The notes beneath the pieces are model-generated. The model did not search any database and had not been told where the DNA came from. It was given only the letters and a program-made list of their open reading frames with translations. Positions 38,518 through 47,900 of a stretch of 64,000 bases of DNA are shown here, piece after piece; position 1 is the first letter of the stretch; each line of letters begins with the position of its first letter. A program made the position numbers and the translations under genes. The stretch is from an uncultured Clostridia bacterium. Lineage in GTDB: Bacteria > Bacillota > Clostridia > TANB77 > CAG-508. The stretch covers positions 48,791 to 112,790 of the forward strand of contig CANQYM010000004.1 in assembly GCA_947628085.1 (NCBI GenBank), read 5' to 3'.

Positions 38518-39135
38518 TTATTTATTAATATCGATATATACAGTTTCATTTGGTAAGTACATATCTAATTTTTCTCTAGCTACTTTTTCAATATATTCTT
38601 TTGAATTAACATTAGATTGAGTAGCTACAAGCTCTTCTTTTTCATCTTCTAATTCTTGGATTTGACTAGAATAATAAGAGATATCTTGATTATATGAGTT
38701 TAATTTTATTTGTTGATTAATAAAAGTAAATATGAAATATATTATAGCTAAAACAACTATTAAGTTAAGTATTTTATTTATTTTTATAATATTCATCTTA
38801 AGTATCTCCAATATTTTTTTACAAAATTCTACAATTACATAAAGAATTATAACACATATGTTGCTTATTGTCAAAAAATAAATTATTATTCCTAAAAAAA
38901 TTCCTAAAAAAAGATAAAATCTCACTTCCCCACTATTTAATTTGATTATTCCTAATATAATTAAATAGGTTGAAAATATAATAAACAGTAAGTCTTGAAT
39001 AAAAGTTACTTTATCTGATGTTTTAAAACATTTTCTTATTGCCTTAAAAACATCAAAGATTAAACCTATAATTATTCCTATAATGAAAAAAAATATAAAA
39101 ATTTGCCCTTGAGAAAAATTATACATAGTATTCAC
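38518..39135 (-). CDS. YabQ-like spore-cortex membrane domain fused to an FtsB/DivIC-like septum-formation-initiator coiled coil
   Basis: The N-terminal 120 aa or so form a YabQ-like TM bundle. The C-terminus (QQIKLNSYNQDISYYSSQIQELEDEKEELVATQ...EYIEKVAREKLDMYLPNE) is DivIC/FtsB-like. The gene follows yabP, as in the B. subtilis yabP-yabQ-divIC operon. Confidence 0.5.
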   Translation of the reverse strand: MNTMYNFSQGQIFIFFFIIGIIIGLIFDVFKAIRKCFKTSDKVTFIQDLLFIIFSTYLIILGIIKLNSGEVRFYLFLGIFLGIIIYFLTISNICVIILYVIVEFCKKILEILKMNIIKINKILNLIVVLAIIYFIFTFINQQIKLNSYNQDISYYSSQIQELEDEKEELVATQSNVNSKEYIEKVAREKLDMYLPNETVYIDINK

Positions 39136-39145
39136 TTCTTTCTGT

Positions 39146-39439
39146 CTATTTAAAGATTTTACTTAATAAACCTTTACCTCCTTTTTTAGAAGGAACTTCA
39201 GAATTTGAATAAGCTAAACTTGAAATTTGACCATCAACAACAAAATCTGAAGTATCGATACTTAATTTGTTTATTTTTAAATTTTCTCCCTTTATAGTTA
39301 GTAATCCAAGTTGAGTTTCTATTATTATAATTTGATCATCAAAGCTAAAAACATCAAGCACTCCAGTAACATTCAATTTTTCACGATTTTCAAGCATTAT
39401 ATTTTGAAAAGCATTATTAGAATTTTTATATTCTTCCAT
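39146..39439 (-). CDS. yabP: Sporulation protein YabP
   Basis: The 97-aa protein shows the YabP pattern ENREKLNVTGVLDVFSFDDQIIIIETQLGLLTIKGENLKINKL. Confidence 0.7.
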   Translation of the reverse strand: MEEYKNSNNAFQNIMLENREKLNVTGVLDVFSFDDQIIIIETQLGLLTIKGENLKINKLSIDTSDFVVDGQISSLAYSNSEVPSKKGGKGLLSKIFK

Positions 39440-39564
39440 ATTTATAACCTCTCTTAATTTTCTTTAGAAATGTATATATATTATTTATTCGCTTGAATTG
39501 ATTTTAGAACAATTTCTTTGTTTTATAATTATTTTTATTACAATATTTTGCTTTCTTATAATAC

Positions 39565-39701
39565 CTTTTTATATTGATTTTAAATACCGCGTAAGCGACC
39601 AACCGAAGCGTAAGCGGAGGGCGATTGGAGCAATCTTCCTTTTGGCTTTTTTATAAAAAAGAAGATTGCGACACACAAGGTATTAAAAATCAATATAAAA
39701 A
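39565..39701 (-). repeat. IR-flanked structured intergenic element B, homologous to element A in the opposite genomic orientation
   Basis: The 24-bp termini CTTTTTATATTGATTTTAAATACC and GGTATTAAAAATCAATATAAAAAG are reverse complements at 23/24 positions. The reverse complement of the core aligns to element A. GTGTCGCAATCTTCTT is identical and AAGATTGCTCCAATCGCcCtcCGCTTAcGCTTCG is about 80% identical. Confidence 0.6.
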
Positions 39702-39843
39702 GATATTATAAGAACATAAAATCTGAATAAGGGATTTTATAAGAATATAAAATCCAGTTTAAAGATTTTGCATTGATTGAAAATCTAAATAAAAAAGAGT
39801 TTAATTGTATAATTAAACTCTTCTAAAACAAATTTTATATAAC

Positions 39844-41052
39844 TTATTTTCCAAAAAACTTTTCGTGAATTGCTTTCACAGCTAAATCAGCATCATTTGA
39901 ATTTACTAAAACAGAAATTTTAATTTCTGAAGTTGTTATCATATGCATATTTATATTTTTTTCATATAATGCTTCAAACATACTTGCTGCTACACCTGGT
40001 TTATTAGCAATTCCAACACCAATTATTGAAACTTTTGCTAAGTTTTCACTATGCAATATTTCATGAATTCCAAGTGAATTTTTATTTTCTTCTAAAACTT
40101 GCAAAGTTTTCTGCAGGTCATTCATTTTTACTGTAAAAGCTATGTCTTTAGTAATATGTTCACCAAAAGATTGAGAAATTATATCTACATTTATAAAATT
40201 TTTAGCAAGAATTTTGAATAATTCATAAGTTTTACCAATTTTGTTTTCTAATCCTACTATTGTAATTCTTGAAATATAATTATCTTTTGTTACGCCATTT
40301 ATTACTAGATCTTCTAAATTTTTATTATTTAAAACTGTTCCTAAACTATCTTTTTCAAATGTTGATTTCACATAAATTGGAACATTATATTTTTTTCCTA
40401 TTTCTACACATCTATTATGAAGGACCTTAGCTCCCATACTAGACATTTCTAGCATTTCGTCATAAGAAATTGATTGTAATTTTTCAACTCTTGAAACAAT
40501 TCTAGGATCTGATGTATATACACCATCAACATCTGTATAAATATCACATCTTTCAGCTTTTAAACTTGCTGCTAGTGCAACAGCTGTTGTATCTGAACCT
40601 CCTCTACCAAAAGTTGTTATATTTCCATTTTCATCTATACCTTGAAATCCAGCAACTATAACAATATTTCCAGTATCAAGATATTCTTCAATTGTTTCAT
40701 TATTAATATATCTAATTCTACTATTTGAAAATTCACTGTTGGTTATAATTGGAATTTGCCAACCAGTTAAAGAAACAGCATTATAATTCATTTTTTGTAA
40801 AAGCATTGCTAATTTTGCAATTGTAATTTGCTCTCCTGTTGAAACTAGAACATCATGTTCACGTTTGTTTGGATTATCTGTAATTTCAGCTTCTTCTGAA
40901 ATAAGTCTATCTGTGGTTTTTCCTTGTGCTGAAACTACTACTACTAGTTTATTTCCTCTATTTACCTCTTTAATAATATGGTCTGCGACTAATTCTAACT
41001 TTTTTAAATTGGCCACAGAACTGCCTCCAAATTTTTGTACAACAATTCCCAT
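39844..41052 (-). CDS. Aspartate kinase
   Basis: The N-terminus MGIVVQKFGGSSV is followed by the amino-acid-kinase fold and C-terminal ACT domains. I moved the start to ATG 41052, which has a GAGGT RBS. Confidence 0.85.
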   Translation of the reverse strand: MGIVVQKFGGSSVANLKKLELVADHIIKEVNRGNKLVVVVSAQGKTTDRLISEEAEITDNPNKREHDVLVSTGEQITIAKLAMLLQKMNYNAVSLTGWQIPIITNSEFSNSRIRYINNETIEEYLDTGNIVIVAGFQGIDENGNITTFGRGGSDTTAVALAASLKAERCDIYTDVDGVYTSDPRIVSRVEKLQSISYDEMLEMSSMGAKVLHNRCVEIGKKYNVPIYVKSTFEKDSLGTVLNNKNLEDLVINGVTKDNYISRITIVGLENKIGKTYELFKILAKNFINVDIISQSFGEHITKDIAFTVKMNDLQKTLQVLEENKNSLGIHEILHSENLAKVSIIGVGIANKPGVAASMFEALYEKNINMHMITTSEIKISVLVNSNDADLAVKAIHEKFFGK

Positions 41053-41219
41053 TTTTTGTACCTCATCTTGCAAATGAATAATAGTAAATTTTAAATTTAA
41101 AAATTACTATGTAAATTTAATAGCCATTTACTATATTATATTTTTTTATAAAAAAATTAGTGAATGGCTATTATTAATATATTATGAAAATCTATGTGAT
41201 ATTTTATATATTATGCAAA

Positions 41220-41354
41220 TTATTTTTTTGCAAATTTTCCACAATCACAATCATCATTGTATCTTTTGTATCTTCCTGTTTTATCGCAATCAGCTTTTGA
41301 AGTTTTATAATTTCCTTTCCAGTAGTAACAATATTGACATTCTGTAGCAGACAT
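41220..41354 (-). CDS. Unannotated small Cys-rich protein (44 aa): MSATECQYCYYWKGNYKTSKADCDKTGRYKRYNDDCDCGKFAKK
   Basis: An AGGAGGTGAAGTGAT RBS is directly upstream of the ATG. The protein has six Cys arranged as CxxC...C...CxC. It lies between cpsB and aspartokinase on the same strand. Confidence 0.35.
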   Translation of the reverse strand: MSATECQYCYYWKGNYKTSKADCDKTGRYKRYNDDCDCGKFAKK

Positions 41355-41374
41355 ATCACTTCACCTCCTAAAAA

Positions 41375-42082
41375 TTAATCTATATCTTCATTATTAAGAA
41401 TTTTATTTGCGTTATTTGTTGTTAAATTCTCTAGTTCTTCATCTGATACAATTTTTGAAATTTTTTCTATTGCTAATGGAACTTTTGTGTATATTGAATT
41501 TGCCCTATGCACATCTGTTCCTAAAAAGCTAACTAAATGGTTTTTAAGCATTTTTTTAACAGTAAGCTTTGCACCTAAACCATAAACACCCAATATACTA
41601 GCATAATTTGATTGAAATAACACTCCCATTTCTTGTAGTTCATATAATAATTTAAAATCTTTTTGAACAACCAAATATCTTTCAGGATGTGCTAATATTA
41701 ATCTATAATTTTCCTCTTTTAATTTATTTATAATAGTTTTCAAATTAATAAAATGTTGTCTAAGTGGTAATTCGAATAATACATAGTTTGTTTTATTTAT
41801 TGTTGAAGCTTTGTATTCTTGAAGTAGTTCTAAAATATTAAATGTTAAGAAAATTTCGCTTCCTAAAAATACTTGAGGTAAGTCTTCTTCTTCATTTAAT
41901 TCATCAATTATACCTTTTCTTTTATATTCTGGAACCTCAAAACAATCTTGAGCATAATGAGATGTTGAAATAACTTTATCAAATCCAACATTTTTTGCTT
42001 CTTTTAATAGGCTAATTGTTTCTTCATATGTTTTAGAACCATCGTCTACATTTGGCAATATATGTGAGTGAAAATCTATCAT
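41375..42082 (-). CDS. cpsB: Tyrosine-protein phosphatase CpsB/YwqE (PHP family)
   Basis: The N-terminus MIDFHSHILPNVDDGS matches the PHP-domain His motifs. Length is 235 aa. Confidence 0.75.
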   Translation of the reverse strand: MIDFHSHILPNVDDGSKTYEETISLLKEAKNVGFDKVISTSHYAQDCFEVPEYKRKGIIDELNEEEDLPQVFLGSEIFLTFNILELLQEYKASTINKTNYVLFELPLRQHFINLKTIINKLKEENYRLILAHPERYLVVQKDFKLLYELQEMGVLFQSNYASILGVYGLGAKLTVKKMLKNHLVSFLGTDVHRANSIYTKVPLAIEKISKIVSDEELENLTTNNANKILNNEDID

Positions 42083-42102
42083 TTTATTTTATTCCTTTAC
42101 TA

Positions 42103-42831
42103 CTACTTTCTTTGTTTTGGTTTGAAATTTGTTAATTTTTCTCCATAGTAATAAGAATTTGTATATGTTTTATATTGCATTTGTACTTTATTTAATACAA
42201 CTCCTGCAACTTTACCACCAACATTTTCAATAGAAGCTTTTGCTTTGTTTAATTCTTCCATTTTTGTATAATTTTGTGCTGCAACTATAATTGAAAAATC
42301 AACAAGTCTTGCTAAAATAAGTGCATCTGTAACTACTAAACAAGGTGGAACATCAAAAATAATAATATCAAAAATTTCACTTAATGTATCTATAATTTTT
42401 TTCATTTTATTTGATACTAAAAGTTCTGATGGGTTTGGTGGTACACTTCCAGCTGTAATTAAATAAAGATTTTTTATTTCTGTTTCTTGTATATAATTTT
42501 TTATATCATCTTTTTTGTCTTTAAATATTTGGTCAACTACTCCAGATAAATAGTTTGAAATTCCAGGTCTTGGACGCAAATTAAATATAGCATATTGACG
42601 TCCTTTTCTCATATCTGCATCTATAATTAAAACTTTTTTATCTATTTGAGCAAATGCTGCTGCTAAGTTTGCTGTAACATAACTTTTTCCCTCTCCAGGA
42701 ACTGTGCTTGTTACTATCATAACCTTTTTTTCTGAATCTGCATTCATAAATTGGATATTTGTTCTTAAATTTCTAAACATCTCTGATTCAGGAGATTTTG
42801 GATTTTCTTGTACTACAACTTCTTTTTTCAT
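42103..42831 (-). CDS. cpsD: Tyrosine-protein kinase CpsD/YwqD (BY-kinase cytoplasmic subunit)
   Basis: It has a Walker A'-type P-loop (TSTVPGEGKSYVTANLA) and a C-terminal Tyr-rich tail (YKTYTNSYYYG). Confidence 0.8.
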   Translation of the reverse strand: MKKEVVVQENPKSPESEMFRNLRTNIQFMNADSEKKVMIVTSTVPGEGKSYVTANLAAAFAQIDKKVLIIDADMRKGRQYAIFNLRPRPGISNYLSGVVDQIFKDKKDDIKNYIQETEIKNLYLITAGSVPPNPSELLVSNKMKKIIDTLSEIFDIIIFDVPPCLVVTDALILARLVDFSIIVAAQNYTKMEELNKAKASIENVGGKVAGVVLNKVQMQYKTYTNSYYYGEKLTNFKPKQRK

Positions 42832-43616
42832 TATATTTTTCCTCCGTTTCCATAAGTAGTTTTTCTCTTTCCTGAGACAAGAGATGAACTAGAAGAAGAC
42901 TTAGATTTTGTCTTTTTCTTAACAGCTTCATCTGTGTAAACAATAGAGGTTAATACAGGAACTTTTATTATTCGCTCAATATCCGTATCTGTTTTAACTG
43001 TTGTGTCTAATGTGTTTATTAATAAAATATATGCAGAAACTAAGATAAATCCAATAAATGCTGCTATAATTATATTTTTAATTAAATGAATATTTATTGG
43101 TATATCATCTACTTCAGCAGTATCTAATACATAAATATTATTTACTTTAAAAATTTCTTCTGTTTTTTGTACAAAAACGGCTGCTATTTCATTTGCAATT
43201 GTACATGCAAGTTCCGGTTCTGTGTTTGTAACAGTGACTTCTATAACTTCAGTATCTGGTAGTGAAACAACAGATATTCCTTTTAAGAAATCTTCAACTG
43301 TCATATTTAAATTTAAATTTTGAATTACTTGATTTGCTACCAGTTTACTTGTAACAATTTCTGTATAGTTATGTACAATGTTTGAATTTAAATTAATATC
43401 GGTAGCTGTAATAGAAGCTGTTGTATCTTCGTCTGTTACTTGATTTTGCTCTCTAACTTGTACTAATATTAGCTTTGTTGTTGATTGATATTCTGGTACT
43501 ATAAAATTTATAGTATATATAGCACCTAAAATTCCTGATATAATCAGAATTGAAATAATTAAAAATTTTTTTCTCATGAAGATTGCAATTAATTCTTTTA
43601 AATCTATCTCTTCCAT
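42831..43616 (-). CDS. cpsC: Chain-length determinant / BY-kinase transmembrane activator CpsC/YwqC (Wzz-like)
   Basis: Two TM helices flank a periplasmic-type domain. Its stop overlaps the cpsD start. Confidence 0.7.
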   Translation of the reverse strand: MEEIDLKELIAIFMRKKFLIISILIISGILGAIYTINFIVPEYQSTTKLILVQVREQNQVTDEDTTASITATDINLNSNIVHNYTEIVTSKLVANQVIQNLNLNMTVEDFLKGISVVSLPDTEVIEVTVTNTEPELACTIANEIAAVFVQKTEEIFKVNNIYVLDTAEVDDIPINIHLIKNIIIAAFIGFILVSAYILLINTLDTTVKTDTDIERIIKVPVLTSIVYTDEAVKKKTKSKSSSSSSLVSGKRKTTYGNGGKI

Positions 43617-43787
43617 GTTTTTCCTCCGTATTTTTTGATAACAATATATATGCTGTGTATAATTATATTATAAAAAAATTTTTTTGGCAATATAAAAGTT
43701 CTTTAAAATTATTTATTTTTTAAAATTTTATTAAGATAATAATTTTGTTATTTTATTAATAATTTTACATCTACTTTTGCATTATAA

Positions 43788-44912
43788 TTAGTTTTTAATT
43801 ATCATTTTTAAATATTCTTTCATAAAATTATTTAAATCGCCATTCATAACTGCTTCAACATTTCCAACTTCATAATTAGTTCTATGATCTTTAACCAATG
43901 TATATGGACAAAAAACATAAGATCTTATTTGACTTCCCCATGCAATGTCTTTTTGAATTCCTTTTAATTCTGAAATTGTTTCTTTGTTTTCTTTTTCTTT
44001 TAAATCAATTAATTTGGATTTTAACATTCTCATTGCTGTTTCTTTATTCATAGTTTGAGAACGCTCAGACTGACAAGAAACAACTATATTTGTTGGAATA
44101 TGAGTAATTCTTACTGCAGAATCTGTTTTATTTATATGTTGTCCACCAGCACCAGATGACCTATATGTATCTATTCTTAAATCATCTGGATTAATATCAA
44201 CTTCTATATCGTCAGATATTTCTGGTAAAACTTCTACTGAAGCAAATGATGTATGCCTTCTTCCCCCACTATCAAATGGAGAAATTCTAACAAGTCTATG
44301 AACTCCCATTTCTCCTTTTAAAAATCCATAAGCATTTTCACCAGAAATTAAAAATGTAACACTTTTAATTCCAGCTTCATCACCTTCTAAATAATCTAAT
44401 TCTTTTACGCTAAATCCATTTGAAAAAGCCCACTTTGTGTACATTCTATAAAGCATTTCTACCCAGTCCTGGCTTTCTGTTCCACCAGCTCCTGGATGCA
44501 TTGTGATAATGGCATTATTATTATCATACTTTCCTGAAAATAATGTTTGAATTTCTAAATTACTTATACTTTTTTGTATCTCATTAGAATTATGTAATAG
44601 CTCTTTTAAAAGCTCTGCATCATGTTCTTCTTCTAATAAATCATTCATTTCCATTAAATTATCTAACTCTGAACTTATTTGCTGAAAAGAATTAATTTTC
44701 TTTTGTAAAGTCTTAATTCTAGCAAATATTTCATTTGATTTTTGGCTATTATCCCAAAATCCTTCTTCTAATGATTCTTTTTCTAGCTTTTTTAATTCAA
44801 GCATTAAAGATTCGATTTTCATCGAATCTTTAATTTGAATTAATTTAGCCTTTTGCTCTTCTAATAATCTTTTATTTTCTTCTAACTCTAACACAAAATT
44901 AATACCTTTCAT
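43788..44912 (-). CDS. prfB: Peptide chain release factor 2
   Basis: The SPF motif (RISPFDSGGRRHTSF) and GGQ motif (SGAGGQHINKT) are present. It is a single uninterrupted 374-aa ORF. The start lies 2 nt after the stop of the giant gene. Confidence 0.85.
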   Translation of the reverse strand: MKGINFVLELEENKRLLEEQKAKLIQIKDSMKIESLMLELKKLEKESLEEGFWDNSQKSNEIFARIKTLQKKINSFQQISSELDNLMEMNDLLEEEHDAELLKELLHNSNEIQKSISNLEIQTLFSGKYDNNNAIITMHPGAGGTESQDWVEMLYRMYTKWAFSNGFSVKELDYLEGDEAGIKSVTFLISGENAYGFLKGEMGVHRLVRISPFDSGGRRHTSFASVEVLPEISDDIEVDINPDDLRIDTYRSSGAGGQHINKTDSAVRITHIPTNIVVSCQSERSQTMNKETAMRMLKSKLIDLKEKENKETISELKGIQKDIAWGSQIRSYVFCPYTLVKDHRTNYEVGNVEAVMNGDLNNFMKEYLKMIIKN

Positions 44913-44914
44913 AT

Positions 44915-47900
44915 TTATTTGGTTTTATTTTGAATTGTTACATTTTGATTTTCTACTGTATTTGTATTTATATTCTTTTTTGTAGATATTGTGTTTGTTG
45001 TATTCGTAGTATTTGTTGTATTTTCTAAATCTATTGTATTGGTAAAGTCATTTTCTTCTACAATGTTTTCAGTATTAGAATTTTCATCTACTCTGTTATT
45101 ACTACTATTAACTATATTTCCTTCTACATCACTTGTAATAGTATTTTCTACTGTATTTGTTATATTTAAATCATCTAATTGAATTCCAGTGATGTTTAAT
45201 AGATTATCTGCTTCTAATGAAATACTTTTAGCATTAGGATTTTTATCAAATGGATTAATTGTGAAATCCTCTGTTTCTTTTTGTATTTGTCTGAAGTATT
45301 GTTTTTTAACAGCTGTGCTGTTTGAAAGATTTCTATTTCCAGATTGAGCGTCTTTTATTAATGCTTCAAGATATTTTTCGTAAATTTCTTTTGCGTTTAT
45401 ATATGTACCTTGATCATCATAATGCTCTCCTAATTTCTTATATCTGTCTAATTTGTATTTTTTGAATGTAATGCTTTCATCATTCATTATATAACGTAAT
45501 GCAGTTAAATCTGTTGTATTTCCGCCTTTACCATTTTTAATACCAACATATTTTTGACTATAGTAAGCACAAAGTCCATCATAATACCCACGTTCTCCAG
45601 CCATTTGCCATGCCAAGTATTTAAAGTTTGCTCCATCTGGACGGTCATTATCTGCATGTGGTTGATACCAGTGAATGTTGAAAATTGAATCTGTGTCTGC
45701 TCCTGGTGAACGTTGTTCATATTCTTTAACACCTGGTCTTAGCATTATACGATTATCCCAAAGTGCTTCCATAGATTTTAAGTTCATTCCTTGAACTCTA
45801 TCTGTTGTAAGTGGTGTGTATGCAACTACATCATCACCTTCGTCTTGATGAGCTTCATCAACTTGTGGATAAGATACTTGTACTGCAAGTTTTGCCTGAT
45901 CTTCTGGAGATAGTGTAAAGAATGCTTTTGCTTCTATCCAGTCTAAGAAGTCATTTGTATTAAAGTAATTTTTATAAAATACTGATAATTTCTTATCATT
46001 TTCAACTGTTGCACGATAGAAGTTTTGAGTTGTATTTTCTTTCATAAGGTCATCATCAAATATGTTTGGACTTACCCAACCATCTCTATAATATTGTTGT
46101 AAGAATCCTGCAGCATAGTCTTCTGCTCCACCTCTACGTCCATAACCATTTAAGAAAATTTTACTATCTTGGTTATGAAGAGTTTCGTGTGTTCCAACTC
46201 TAAAGTTATCTAGCATTTTTATAACAACCCAGAATACTTCATTTCCGTTTGCATAAGCGCCTCCTGAAGTACCTGCCCATCTATTTATAGCTTCAATGAA
46301 ATATTTGTGATATGGTTCTTGTGTTGTTAATGGATTATTATATACAGTTGCATTTCCTTGGCCTGTATAAGTTGTTCTCATATCATAGTTTACATCGCAA
46401 TATTTATTTAAAGTGTCTTTGCCCCAATATGTGTATCCAAATTCGTAGAATGCTTTAACTTCTTTTAACCAAACATTTACTTTCTTTTCGAATGCTGCAA
46501 TTTGATCTGGGTTGCTAGGATCTGTCATATAAACACGTAAAGATCCAAAGTATGCTTGTGTTGGTGAAGCAATTGCATAAGTACTATTTTCTGGAACTGT
46601 ACATAGTGGTAAGAAATCATTTTGTACTTTACCATCTTTCTTTAGATGATCCCATAATGTGTAATCAACGCCTTCTTTATCAATGCTTACTGTATAATAT
46701 CTTCCACCTTTCCAATGTTCCTTAAACCAAGTATTTCCATCTGTATAATGTGTTAATGTTTGTACATAGTAATCTAAGAATAATCCTAAGTTAGTTAATT
46801 TAGTATATTTTGCAAGACCATTGTTATAGAATCCTGCTGTTCCATTTGTTGCGGAATTTGTTCCAGTAATAAGTTCATTTGTGATATTTGCCATAGTCAT
46901 TCTATTATCAAACATTTCATTTGCATGGAACATTATTGAGTCTGCAACATTTATTCCATCCATATCTAAATTATACCAATATGTGAAATAATTATATGCA
47001 AATAACAAGTTCTTTAGTTTTCCAGTTCTTACTAAATCTTGTTTAATTAAGTTATCTAAAACTTCACTTTCAAAACTCATACTGTAATCCATATTAACTA
47101 AAGTATTTATAATAAAGTCTTTAATATGATTTTTAGTATAGTTTTCAAAATGTTCTTTATATAATCTACTATCTTCTCCTGAAACAATTGGCTCTAAGTC
47201 GTTATCATATGTGTAAGAAGAAGCCTCAGTAACAAGATAATTTATAATGTCTAAGTTAGGATTTATAATATACTTATTGTAGTTATATCCAACATTTAAA
47301 TCACTTATCATATATGATGCTACATTTCCATAGTAATCATCAAAATCTATATGATATTTCTTTGAAGTTTTATCTGTAAATACAATTCTTATTTCATTTA
47401 AGCTATTATAATTTTCTGTTGTAAGAGAAGAAATCATATTTCCTGATTTATCATAAGGAATAACATATTTAACTATTTTTGTGCTTAATTCGTTATCAGC
47501 AGGAATTTTGTTTCCATCTCTTATTATTTCTTTTGCATCATAGAATGGCATTATTTTGTACATATTGTGATATACAATTTCTTTATTTGAATCATAGTCT
47601 GGTAATTTATGTACTCTGTTATAATCTGGAATATATACTTCTGTGTTTTCTGGTTGTTCACCATCATCACTAAATGAAGCTGATACAGATTTAAGTACTG
47701 GTAAATTATTAATTGATGTATTACCATCTATTATCCAAGCTTGATCACTAAAATCTAATTTTTTAAAGAAATTGCTATCTATGTCTTTTGCATCTACTTC
47801 TTTTACAGCATTTGATAATGTATTTTTTAAACAATTTGTTTCTTTTAATTGATAATTGTCTTTTGAACCTTCTGCAAGAGTTGCTGTATTTTTATTTTCA

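Noticed and set aside
41220-41354. A SCIFF-type six-cysteine RiPP precursor
   Set aside because: The Cys pattern and sequence do not match the SCIFF consensus (C-terminal GGCGECQTSCQSAC-like). No radical-SAM maturase gene is adjacent.
43788-44912. The programmed +1 frameshift in prfB
   Set aside because: The ORF is continuous through the region homologous to the shift site. No CTT-TGA-C motif is present.
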